DNA of 64,000 nucleotides from Monocercomonoides exilis PA203 (taxonomy: Eukaryota > Protista > Preaxostyla), in NCBI GenBank assembly GCA_001643675.2, contig LSRY02000042.1, positions 682,001-746,000 of the forward strand, given 5' to 3'. This document shows, in pieces, positions 52,289 through 64,000 of the stretch. A model generated the notes under the pieces. The model ran no database searches. It was not told the DNA's origin and was given only the letters and a program-made list of their open reading frames with translations. Numbering within the stretch: position 1 is the stretch's first letter; each line of letters begins with the position of its first letter. The position numbers and the translations under genes are program-made.

Positions 52289-53088
52289 TTATATCTCAAG
52301 TCGTTTCACATTGTTCTCTTTTTTATTCACTCACATCTTTCTTTCTTTCTTTTCTTTTCTTTTCTTTTCTATTTATTTATTTATTAGTTTTGCTCTTCAT
52401 GTCAAATTTTTCATATTTATTTGAGAGGGAGAGAAGGAAGAGGGAGAGGGAAGAGGAAAAGCGTTTTTAAAATGTTTTGTCAAAAAAATGCGAATCTTTG
52501 AAAATGAAAGCGTATTTTACTTTTTATGTTCGCATTTTTTTAATCCAATCATCACTCAATTCATGACTAGAGAGTTTTTGTGAAGTCATATTTTGTTTTT
52601 CTTCATGTTTGCAGACTGTTTATTCTGTCGGTTAAAGAAGATTATATCAGATTAAACGAATTCAATTTCAACTTTGGTATATTTTTAAAGAAAATTCTCA
52701 ATCTTAATCGCACAATTCAAAAGGAATTCTTTCTGAGTTTATTTTTTATTTTTTATTTTTTATCCGTTTTCGTTTGAGGAAAACAATAACAATATTTCAT
52801 TTTGAAGTCAATTTTGAAATTATTGCTGTTTAAACAAATTTTTTGAAGCAATAGCTGGAGCATAATCAAAAAATTAATTAGTAACAAAACGTATTAAACA
52901 TTATTTTTTTAAATGAACAACACAAAGCCATTTCAATTTTTCTTTCAGAATTATCAAACAAAAAGATGCATATTTCATAGGAAAGGAAATAACAACTAAA
53001 ATTGCAAAATAAATCATCATTACAAATCCCTTTTTCATGATGTTAAAAAAAAATGTGTTTATCATTTTGTAACAAACATACAAATTCA

Positions 53089-54846
53089 TCAGTAAATATC
53101 AGGAAATTCATAAAATTTGCCCATATTATATTCAACAGAAAATAACTCGCCAATCCCCATCAATTTTGCGCAATTAAAGCTCTTCTTCAGCAGTGGAAGA
53201 TGTTCAGTGACTTCATAATACCCAATATCAAATTCTTCTGTGTAATCGCACTGAAACTTCACGAGCCCAAGCGTTGTCAGCATGTCTGCCACTCCAAGTT
53301 CCTCGCATCGCTCAACCAGCCTTCTCATTTTGCTTCTTTGGTCGTAAGCAAATCTCATGAGCTGATTCTCCAGCTCCATCAGCGCAATTGTTGCTGCATC
53401 CTGATGAATCACACTTCCCTCTCCACAAAGATACCTCAAAATGACATCAATATATTCAAACAACAACTCCTCCTCAGAAGCAATGCCTTCTGCGTTTTCG
53501 CTATTTTCCGTGCAATGTGCTTTATTCAGGATGTACGACACAATCATAAGTGAGTCAAATAAATAGTCCTCTTTTGGCATCAGAAGAGGCGGAGGTTCCT
53601 CTCCATGCAACAGCGAGCGTGCCAGTTTCAACGTCTGCTCGATGTTTTCTTCATCCATCTTGCCTTGCGTTGTTGCTTTGGCTGATTCTATCTGATTCTT
53701 TAGGATTGGAAAAATATCTTTGTACTCGGTCAAAGAAGAAGGGCGATAACCCAAAGTGAATAAATCGTATATGCTATTCAAAATATAGCATCTGCTCCGT
53801 TGTAGATAGAAAAATTGCACATTGTTATCAACAGCAATCTCTTCTGCACTGCTACTAAACAGGTACAATGCAATGTTCTTTGCGTCGCTGAGCGGATCAG
53901 TCCATGGTTCTTCTTTTATTGCATGAAATTGAGATTCTGATTTGTTGCGTGTATAAAAATTTAGCACAACCGAGTCGATCATTTTCCGAAATAAACAATT
54001 AACATCAGAGCAGCTTGTTGTTCCCTTTTCATTTTCTTTGCAGTTTTTGCTGCATGTTTTTTCCAAATAGAATGAAGTGCATTTCACAGTGTTATATAGT
54101 TTGATTATTCTCATAGGAAGTTGTAAATCAATTTGATTCTGAAATTTTTCTATTGAGAGGAAAGATTATTTTTTTTTCAAATAATAATAATAATAATAAT
54201 AATACCTTCACATTGTATTCCACTGTTTGAAGATAGTTGGATTAATGCACAGAAGATTAAATAAATCTCAAGCAAATGAGAATGGCTATTGCAGAAAGAA
54301 ATAATGCTTTCCTCGAACCACTTTGTTAAATTTAAAGCTTCATAATGTTGTATTTGCATATGAGATTTTAAGAAAACAAATGCAAGTGCTGCTTCTAATA
54401 AAATTGAGTTGTTTTCTTGTTTTTGTTGAAAAATTTGAAGAAGTTCCTCGCTCACTCCTGTTTTCTTATTAATGCAAAGCACTATTTTATCATATTTCCC
54501 ATGCTCTGATCCTTTATGAAAAAGGGCCCGAAGTGTTCGAAGAAGAAAAAGTTTAAATTTTTGATCACGAATTTCGAGTGATGTCAAAATGTCTTGAACA
54601 AATATCTCATCAAAATGTTTGAATAAAATGTTATCGGACATAAATAGAATAATTGCTTGAAGCGTTTTTTGAGCATCAAAACTTTTTTGTGCATCCAAAT
54701 CAAGAGTCTGTTTCAGCAATTCTGCGATTGTAACAAAGTTCTTTTTATCTGCAAATTGTTTATTATGAAATCAAACTCTTTATTGTTTGCTCAATTTCTT
54801 TGCTCTGAATGGAGAATAAATCCAATCTTTGATTCAAACTCTCCAT
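53089..54846 (-). CDS. ~560-aa hypothetical helical protein, 3 exons
   Basis: Exons 54846-54777, 54748-54205 and 54149-53089; both introns restore frame. C-terminal LVERCEELGVADML motif. Confidence 0.75.
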
Positions 54847-55152
54847 TATAATTACTAAAATAAATTGTGGGAATAGCATCAGAACTTGAATATCTTCTTT
54901 AAAAATGTTCAATTTGATGGAAATTGTAGATTTCAAGAACCAAAGGGGTTAATAAAAGAGAATAACGTGAAATACTATTTTTAAAATGAAAAATTCGTGA
55001 TGATATGAACTGAATTATTTCTGTGAATAAATGACAAACTAGCAAATGTCACAAAACTAATTCATAACAATATATATTAAAAGCAAACAAGTGCATTTGC
55101 ATAAAAAAATTTCCCCCTTTGAAAGACTTGAAAATCACTATTTCCAAAATAT

Positions 55153-56182
55153 CTATGGTTTTTCTGCTGAGCATCTGAAACAAGATGTTCTAAATGCATA
55201 ATTGTGCTTTAAGATGAAAAAAAATAAAAAGTTGCAAATACAATTACTTCACAATAAAAGTATGTCAATCTTATCAAACTGCAGAGCATGACGGGCAATT
55301 CCAGTCACCGGGTCGTGTCTGATATGACTTCACTCCGCTTGCAGCAATTTGTTCAGCTGATATCACACGTGACGCAGATGATTTTGGAGCAGAACATTTC
55401 TGACAAGTATCTCTAAACGAATAATTGAAATTATCGCAACCTTCAAAAAAAGAACAATAATAAATGTTCAATTAATTCATTAAATCGAAAAAATAAAGTT
55501 AGTTTTTTGAGATTATATTGTATTCATACTTCCGCAATACCAATCACCTGTCAATGAAAGGAAAGTTATTCAAATTCACAAAAACGAAAAATATTATATA
55601 TGAACGAGAAATGTCGCATCAAAGAAAAATTACCACCTTCTCTCATAACTTTCTCTCTTGGCTTCCTCTCTGACCCTGCCTTCCACTGACTGAAACGTTG
55701 CTCTCCACAAATAAAACACTCCATTCTCGAAAAAAGAAAAAAAGAAAACCGTAAAACGGTATCAACAAAAAGCCCTATAAAAATGCCTTTAATGCACATC
55801 ACTTTACAAACCTAACAGGAGCATTTATACTTCTGCAACGAGCGCAAACCCTTGAATTATTAAAATTTTTTGCGCAATTAATAGAAAATATGAAATTCAT
55901 CAAAAAATACAAACCACTGTCCTTGATACGGATCGACTGCTCCATCAAATCCAATAGAAGGTTGCATTGACATTGGAGAAACCATTGACCCAGGCATTAC
56001 TGGCTTTGGTGCCGAGCATCTAAAGCAAACGCTTCGTTTGGAATAATTGTGTCCACCACAACTCTATCAAACATTTTTTTAATTTTATTAAAAGGCATCA
56101 ATAAAAGAGAAAATATTTTAGTTGACGATCAAAATATTTATCAAACCAAGCAAAGCCAATCTCCTGGTCGAACTTCTTGCAT
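55153..56182 (-). CDS. Multi-RanBP2-type zinc finger (zf-RanBP) protein, likely ssRNA-binding, many short exons
   Basis: Fingers RPGDWLCL|SCGGHNYSKRSVCFRCSAPK, REG|DWYCG|CDNFNYSFRDTCQKCSAPK and RPGDWNCPSCSA|HNYAFRTSCFRCSAEKP* match W-x-C-x2/4-C-x3-N-x6-C-x2-C. A further degenerate finger lies in the middle. Confidence 0.85.
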
Positions 56183-56357
56183 TTCAAATTTTGGTTAGAT
56201 CATATTTTGGTTAAAAATAAATAGACATTTCTATTTTAAAAAAACAAGACTGTGAACTGTGTTAATGAACACGGGATGTTATGACAAGGAAAAAAAAGAA
56301 GATTAAATTGAAAATTAATACAAAAACGTAAATAAAAGTAGTTGTAAGTGGTTAGAA

Positions 56358-59300
56358 TTACTTTCCAGCGTTTCTCTTTCTTTCCTTTGCTCTTTTGCGC
56401 TGTTCTCTCTTTTTCCTCCGTTTTGCCTCTTCTGCAGTTTCCTTGCCTTGTTGTGCTGTATTTGCCTCTTTATCTTCCTCAGAGTCATCTTCGTCATCTT
56501 CCTCTTTCTCCGCCTCTTTCTCCGCCTCTTTCTCTTTTTTATCTTTTCCCTCATCCTTCTTCTTCCCACATCCAAATTTGAGGATGTTATTCATATTCCC
56601 CTGTGCATCTCCAACCTGCTTTATCAGCGGAGATGCTATCCATCTGCTCCCATCAAGCACAAACTTGAACTGCCACTCCTTTTCTGTGCCTCCAACAATT
56701 CTCTCAAACTCTTCGTTTCCTCTCTTCAGCACCCATCTTTGCAAAGAAGTGTCATCAGAAAGAGGAATCTTCCGTGTCCATTTGTCCCACTCGCCACACA
56801 CAGCCACACGCTTCGCATTGGCACACTGAGAATAGGGGAGAACAAGAAGGGGCTCTTCTTCTTCCTCTTTTTCTTCTTCTTTTTCTTCTTCTTCAGATAT
56901 TGATGATGAGGATGAGGATGATGAAGGTGAAGGTGAAGGTGACGTTGAAGAGGAAGAGGAAGAGGAAGATGATGATGAGGATGAGGATGAAGGTAAGGAA
57001 TCGGAAGGTGTTGTGTCTTCTTCTTGTTTCTGTTCTTTTTCTTCTTCAACTTTTTCTTCTTCTTTTTGTTCTTTTTCCTCCTTCTTTTCTTCTTCTTTGG
57101 CTTCTTTCTCTTCCTCTTTACCTTCATCTTCAATTAAAGCTTCTGCCTTTTCCTCTTTCTTTTCTATTTCATTTGGTTCTGTTTCTTTTATTTCTTCTTC
57201 CTTTTCTTCTGCTTCTTCTTTCTCTTCTTTCTCTTCTTCTTTCTCTTCTTCTTTCTCTTCTTCTTTCTCTTCTTCTTTCTCTTCTTCTTTCTCTTCTTCT
57301 TTCTCTTCTTCTTTCTCTTCTTCTTTCTCTTCTTCTTTCTCTTCTTCTTTCTCTTCTTCTTTCTCTTCTTCTTTCTCTTCTTCTTTCTCTTCTTCTTTCT
57401 CTGTTTCTTTCTCTGTTTCTTTTTCTTTCGTATTTTCATCAATTTCTTGTTTCTCTTCTTTTTCTTCCTCCTTTTGTATCTCTTCATTCTTGATTTCTTC
57501 TTTTTCCTCTTTCTTTTCTTCTTCTTTCTTTTCTTCTTCTTTCTTTTCTTCCTGTTCAATTTTTTCCTCTTCTTTCTTTTCTTCTTCATTCACATTCTGT
57601 TCCATACTTTCTTTTTCAACTGTTTCAATCTTTTCATCATCAGCTTTCTTTTCTTCTGCTTCTTCTGTTTTTTCTTCTGTTTTCTCTTCTGTTTTCTCTT
57701 CTGTTTTCTCTTCTGTTTTCTCTTCTGTTTTCTCTTCTGCCTTTTCTTCTTCTGTTTCTGCTTTAGTTTCAGTCACATTCTGTTTCTCTTCCTGTTCCTT
57801 CACATCCCTTTCTGTCTCTTCCATCGAAGCATTCTCGCTTTCTTTCTCCTTCTTAATCTCTTCATACAAGCGATCCATCTCTTCCTCTATTTCCTCTTCC
57901 TCTTCTCTCTCTTGCTTCACTTCATTCGCATCTGCCTGCTTGGCTCCATCTTCTTCTGCATTCACATTTTTTGATGAAGGTTTACCAACTACAGTTGAAG
58001 AGCAAATAAATGTGATGGAAAGAGAGGTGAGTCTTTTAACTCTTTTTATTTCTCCATTCTCTTCTGTCTTCACACTTTCTGTCTGCTCCTCACTTCCATT
58101 TCTGCTTTGAGATGCATCTGCCTCCGTTTTGTGTGAAGTGTCTTCGGTGTATTGTGCATTCTCATCAGGACTGCTACACTCTGCTTGTTCTTCTCTATCT
58201 TCCTGTTTCCTTTCTTCCTTTTCCTCTTCTTCATTTCCCTCTTCTTCTTGTTTCCTTTCTTCTTGTGCTCCTTCTTCCATTTCCCCTTCTCCTTCGTATT
58301 GTCCCTCTTCCTCATACTGCTCATCCAAGTATTCGTATTCAGCCAGCTGAGGGAAAGCATACTTCTGTCTGATCTGCTCTGGACTCAGCGACAAGTCAGG
58401 CGGATGGGAAGAAGTCGGGCGGAAGGGGATGGGCGGAGAGAACGAGGCAGTTGTCGACTGAAAACACTCAGCCAGATGCTGCTGCAGAAGCTCAGGAGAG
58501 GAATAAAACGAGGGCGGGGGGTTGATCAGGGACTCGCTGATTGTGCCGTCCCACTTCTTCCGAAGGATCTTGTCAACACGCTCCTTTTCCTCGTTCTGCT
58601 CTGCCTCCTTCTTCCTCAGCTTGTCCTTCACATACATCTCCCTCAGCTTGGCTGAATAGGTCGATGTCGGAATGCGAGCCGACGAAGCTGTCTGAGAAGA
58701 AGAGCGTGCCAGTGGCGCTGTGGATGCCCTGGCTGTCTGCTCTCGTGTGGTCATATCTCCACCCAGCTGCATTTTGACAGTGTTGTCAAGCTCCTTCATC
58801 ATCCTGTCTCTTTCTTCGAGCTTTCTTTTGGTTGTTGGCTTAAACAAAGTAACAGATCCAACGATTGAAGGGGTGTATGGCTTGACGCGGCGACGAGTTG
58901 TTAGCCCTCCTCTGGCTGTTGTCGCTGATGTACGTCTGGTTTGCGACTGAGGATAAATCTCTGGTGAATATTCTTCAATTTCACTTGAAGAATTTAGATC
59001 TGCTTTTTCTTTATCTTCCTTAATTGGTGATTCTTGTTTGCTTTCTGAGTCTTCATCCCCTTCATTTTGCATGTACATGCGAATTGATCTTTCTTTTTGA
59101 ATTGATTGGAATCTTTGTAATTCCTTTTCATTTTCCATTTCGAGTTGTGCAGCTAAAGCTGCTTGCGAAAGTTTCCTTGGAGTTTGAGCTGTGTATGATT
59201 TCTTTTCTATACTTCTTCTTGGAGTCAGGAATGGATCCAAATCTTTCTTAGGAACCGGTTTTGAAGGCTGTTTTCCAAGATATGCAGTCATCTCCTTTTC

Positions 59301-59689
59301 CAGTTGAGCTTGAAGATGTGCTTCCTTTTCCTTATTACGTTCCTGCTCCAATTTTCTTCGCTCCTTTAAGTTGGAGATTTTTCAAAAGTTATCGAAATAT
59401 AGTGAAAAGAGAAGCAAACAAGTTCTTCTTCTAATTCTTGCTTTCTTCGCTGCCATCGCTTCATCTCCATCTCTTCTTTACGAGTCTGTTTGTCTAATGC
59501 TCGGAGCTCTTCAACAAGAGTTGTTCCTTGTTTTTCAATTATCTCTTATGACATAAGAAAAAAATAAATTGAAATATTGTTAATTATTTTCGCAAAAGAA
59601 ACATTACCCGCAAGCAAAGGATCATCAAAATTATTCTTTGTTGTATTTGTTCTTGAAGTGAGAAGCTGAGATGATTGAGTTTTGTTCAT
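56358..59689 (-). CDS. ~1070-aa Glu-rich protein with C-terminal AMPK-beta-type CBM48 (glycogen-binding) domain
   Basis: The 997-aa ORF plus two short 5' exons (ATG 59689). AKRVAVCGEWDKWTRKIPL...RWVL...WQFKFVLDGSRWIASPLIKQVGDAQGNMNNIL matches the AMPK1_CBM pattern. Confidence 0.85.
57225..57420 (-). repeat. Coding 12-bp tandem repeat (EEEK)n; related (EEKT)n at ~57665-57735
   Basis: TTCTCTTCTTCT repeated about 14 times on the + strand. Confidence 0.95.
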
Positions 59690-59818
59690 AACGCAGGATA
59701 AATCTTTTCAAAAACAATGAGAACCATTGATCCTTTTTGTGATTTTTTGATCTGTTTTATAATTAAACAATATTTCTGTTTCGGCTGGATTTATTCGAGT
59801 CTCAAGAAGTTTATCAAA

Positions 59819-62207
59819 ATGTCGGACAACAAAAAAGATACAGAAAAATCTAGTTCTTCTTCAGATGATGATATTATACCAGAGGACCAGCCTGAAACAC
59901 AACCAAAAAAAGATATACGACAGTTCAAGTTTATCCTTAAAAATATCCAGATATACAATGTTAAGGCTTTTGATGCAACGACCAGTGATCCTTTTCTCAC
60001 TTTCACTCTTGGAGGTAATTATAAGGTTGAAGATCTTCGGCATCGGTTTGTGTTTTTTTTGTTCCCTGAAAGATGTTATTCTTTATGCTTCAAAAAAAAA
60101 ACTGGCTTAGGGGACTTGGTCTTGTTGTAAGCGGAAAGCAAGGTCCAAAGTATAGAACTGAAACAATGAAGAAAATAAATTCTCAAACAAGAGGTTTTTC
60201 AGATTATATTTTTTAATAATTTTTTCATAAAAGTTTTTTGTTCCTTTTTAAAACAGCTACTTATCCTGATCAGTGGCTTACATATTGGCAAGGAACTTTT
60301 GAAGAGCTTAAAGAGCAATTTTTTAAAATTGAAGTATTTATATTTATTTTTTAATTCGTAATTTGCTTTATTGCTTATTTTTCATAAATATGAACAAGTG
60401 CTGGGATTGGGATTGCATTGGAAGAGATGATTTCATGGGTGAAGCTAAAATCAAGCTTTGGGATATGGCGACAGGGCCTGTTGTGCGAGATCATGTTGAA
60501 ATACAGCTTCATCAAAGAGGAAACAGGCACGAGACGACAGCCATCATTTCATTTGAAGCGTATTTTCAGGAAGTGTTTATGTTCCAGCTGTCGCTCCACG
60601 ACTGGCGCGGGGAAGATCTCCTGCCGATGGACTTGGGGGGCACGAGCGATCCGTATGTGACAGTGCGCTTTATGACTGGGGGCTCAATCAAAATGAAGTC
60701 CATCAAGTCGACCAAGTCTGATGCCATCCCTTGCACTCTGTTTCCTGAGTGGGACGAGGTGGGAACGCTGACATTCCCAGGCATCCGGAGCGAGCTGGAG
60801 AATGACGATCTGAAGATCGAGGTGTATGACAAAGATGTGCTGTTTGACGAGATTATGGGTAAAGCACTGCTTCCACTGAGGGGTCTGCTGGAGATTGGGC
60901 AGTTCAACACGGAATTAGAACACAAAGGGAAACAGGCAGGGTCGATTAATGGCTTCATTGATGTGATGTCTTTACCGAAACTGCACCAGTCGATGGACAA
61001 AGTGGAGCTGAAGCCGTATTATCGGTATTTGTGTGTGGAGGTGAGGAGATGCTGTGACATGATAGCGATGAAGAACACAGGGTACTCAGATGTGTTTGTG
61101 GTGTTGGAGTGGGATGGCACGAAGCAGCAGACGCGGGTGATCAAAGACAACATCAACCCAGTCTTCAACGAGTTTCTGTTCATTCCTGTGAAGATTGTGG
61201 GAAACACACTCTCCAAAAGCGTTCTGCTGAAGAAAGGGAACATCAAGCTGTCTGCATTCGATTTTGACGAGGCAGGCAACAATTACCTCGGCAGCTGTGA
61301 GATTCCTCTGCACGACGTGACTGTTGCTGAGCTTGACAAAGACCCCCTCGACCACTCAATGAAGACGAGAGTGTACTGCCCAAAAGATGGGCTGTTCCTG
61401 ACGAGCGGAGGACAGAAGAGCGAGAAGGAGAGCAAGATCGTGTTCTCTGCCTTCTTCCACCCAGATTTCCCACACAAACTCGTTCTGGACCCACCTGAGG
61501 CAAAGGAGAAAGTGGGCATTCCACCCGCATATGCAGAGCGAATTGAGCAGTGGAAGTATCAGCTTCCTCATCATCTTGTGTCTGCTTCACCTTATGAGAC
61601 ATTTGCAACCAATGATGAAAATGATGAATTCTTCCTGCCTTGTTTCCTGACAAATAACATTCCTCTTCCGAAGGCGCTGAAGCACCCTCGTCTGATCATG
61701 CGGATGGTGCATGCGATGACCTTTGCGGCTGACTCAGAATCTTTTCAAGGGTTCGGAATGCAGGACAAGCGAGTGTTTATGTCCCCACCGTTCATTCTGA
61801 AGATCCGAAAGGGAGATGATCAAGACCACTCCATTCTTCTGGCCTCTCTCTTCCTGTCGATGGGCATCGATGCCTATTTGTGTCTGGGCACCACAAAGAA
61901 AGGCAATCAGCATGTGTTTGTGCTCACGAGGGAGTTTGATGGGACTGTGCTCTTTTGGGAGTCTACAACAGGGATGGCCATTGCAGCGCCTCTGCGGTGG
62001 GGCGGGAGTGACGAGTGCCCACCAGATTATGTGCTGTACAGGAATGAGCTGCTGGGGATAAAAGGGCCCTGCCATCCGCTCATCAAAGACTGGAGAGATT
62101 GGAAGGAGATGCAGGGGAAGTCGTTCCTGTCGAGACTGCCAGGGATGATTGGAGGAGGAAATGGGAAGAAGGGGAAGGGGAAGAAGAAGCAGGAGAGCTA
62201 CGAAGAT

Positions 62208-62243
<36 letters not shown>

Positions 62244-64000
62244 AGTTCAAAAAGCGGGACTGATTCAGATGAAGGAACAGGAGATGAGGATTCATCGAGA
62301 GGAAAGAAAGGAAAGAAAGGAAAACAACAGAACAAAAAAGGGAAGAAAGGAGGGAAAGGGAAAGGGAAAGAAGTAGAGATGGAGGAGATGGACTATGACG
62401 AATATGACGATGATGACGAAGACGAAGCACCGCCGCCAGGATTTGATCCAGAAGAGGCAGAAGAGAGGAAGAGGGACATTCAGCTGAAGATGCTCAGGCA
62501 GAAAGCGAAGCTGAAGAACAAGCTGCTGACACCAGAAGAGATTGAAGAGAGAGAGCAGAAGTGGAGGGAGATGGGCGGAGGAGCAGCAAGAAAGGAGAGA
62601 GAGACGAGAGTGTTGGAGGAGAATGAGGAAGGAGAAGGAGGGGCTGAGGGAGGAGAAGGGAAGAAAGGAGATGGAGAAGAAGGAGAAGAAGAGGCAGAAG
62701 AAGAAAACGATGACGAAGCCAACGACCTTCTTGGATTTTCATCTGGGCAAGCATCTTCTTCTTCTCGTTCAGGAAAAGCACGCCTTGATCTTGATTTTGT
62801 GGAGGATGATGAAGAAGCGATTGATTTCCCTTCAGCAGGTGCGGCTGATCCATCGATGGGGATTGGGATCGGGCAGACACACATGCAGAGCCTGACACCT
62901 GTGCCTGGGATGGCTATTGGGGTGACGCAGAGTGGTGTGGGTGGAGTGGAGGCGCAGAAGTACAATGCGATGCTGTCGTCGGAGGATGTGGAGAAGTCAG
63001 ACATGATGGAGATGGGTGGAGGGATGGGATATGGAATGGGAGGGATGGGAGGCATGGGAGCGATGGGGGGAATGGGGATGGGGATGATGATGACAGAGCA
63101 GCAGCTGATTATGGCTGGTGGAGGGACAGCACAGTTCTACCCGACGTGGCATTCGGATGCAGCTGGAAACGGGATGGAAGGAGGAGACATGATGATGTCA
63201 TATTCACAGGCAGCGCAGATGGGGATGGCTAGTGAGCCTTCACTTGCAGCAGCGGGTGTGGGCGGAATGGGGTCGATGTACAGCAGTGATCAAGATGCAC
63301 AATTGCAAGACAATGCAGACGACTCGGCAGCAGCTGCGGGATCCTTCCAGCAGGAGGATATTCAGCTGTGGGAGTGCACTCTTCCGCAGGTGATTCTGCC
63401 ATATGCTACTTTGGATGTGGTGGTGAACAACAAGAATATCTGGGGCAATGCACAACATCTCGACCCAGCGCTGATTGAGTATGACTTTGAGAACACAGAA
63501 CACTGGAAGCCGTTTATTGACAAGGACTTCTGCGAGACAGAGTCATATCCCATCAAGCCGTTCTACGAAGGCGGCACAGAAAAGATCAGACTTCCCTCGC
63601 CAATCTCACCTGCGCGGCTGGAAGTGCTTGAGAAGCAGATCTACGACGAGATGAAGACGGCGTTTCTGAACTGGCGGCATGCGAAGTACATGAAGACATT
63701 CTGGTTTCCGGAGCTCGACTACATCCTGCGGAATGGCTTGATCACGCTGGAGTATCAGGAGCTGACGGGCATTCCGAACGAGATTGGAATCTCGGCGTGG
63801 AAGGCAGACATCACACGGCAGGTGCCGAAGGGCCATCATTATCAAGGGCAGGCATTCAACTTCTGCTTCACCGATGCGAAGAAGATCCGTCACGCCATTA
63901 TGGACAAGTTTGACTTCCACAAGCACAAGTCGAAGACTCCCAAGTATTCGTTTGGCACTTATGTGTGCTCGCATTATTGTGGTGTGTGTTCTGTGTGGGT
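59819..64000 (+). CDS. Triple-C2-domain protein with CEP76/CC2D2A-like transglutaminase-like and C-terminal domains (3' end beyond window)
   Basis: Exons 59819-60045, 60111-60193, 60257-60333 and 60399->64000; the last is absent from the ORF track because no stop lies in the window. C2 motifs DATTSDPF..WDWDCIGRDDFMG, PMDLGGTSDPYV..VYDKD, GYSDVFV..FDFDEAG. Then KGDDQDHSILLASLFLSMGIDAYLCLG..HVFVLT..VLFWESTTG, LPYATLDVVVNNKNIWGNAQ..WKPF and GVCSVW. Confidence 0.85.

Noticed and set aside
57225-57420. Regular tandem array as possible CRISPR or telomeric repeat
   Set aside because: There are no unique spacers; it is an in-frame (EEEK)n coding repeat in a eukaryotic gene.
35081-64000. Functional clustering of flagellar genes (SHIPPO, CEP76-like, EF-hand)
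   Set aside because: They are interspersed with unrelated genes (CSL4, zinc finger), and flagellar genes are common enough for chance proximity.
1-64000. tRNA or rRNA genes
   Set aside because: No cloverleaf or rRNA-like conserved segments were recognised by eye; a tRNAscan-SE/Infernal run would be needed to exclude them.

Overview
AT-rich eukaryotic genomic DNA with many short GT-AG introns (mostly about 30-100 nt), the standard genetic code and abundant microsatellites. Gene content and style strongly suggest an oxymonad (Metamonada), most likely Monocercomonoides; this is inferred from family recognition, not a database hit. The left 27 kb is an accessory region holding 7 copies of one 3-exon helical-repeat family (4 intact as far as visible, 3 pseudogenes) whose C-terminus resembles the last ARM repeats of importin-alpha. 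It also holds foldback/MITE-like palindromes and a ~1930-aa multi-pass TmcB-like membrane protein. That protein ends in a hemerythrin-fold domain that keeps all Fe1 and bridging ligands but has lost both His ligands of the O2-binding iron (top finding). The right part holds a decayed, intron-containing Merlin (IS1595-like) transposase, exosome subunit CSL4, a SHIPPO/PGP-repeat protein, and a giant EF-hand protein with a small virus-like domain. It also holds two giant Glu-rich proteins with AMPK-beta-type CBM48 modules, a RanBP2 zinc-finger protein, and a triple-C2 plus CEP76/CC2D2A-like gene running off the right edge. Exon boundaries were inferred by eye from splice signals and reading-frame continuity.
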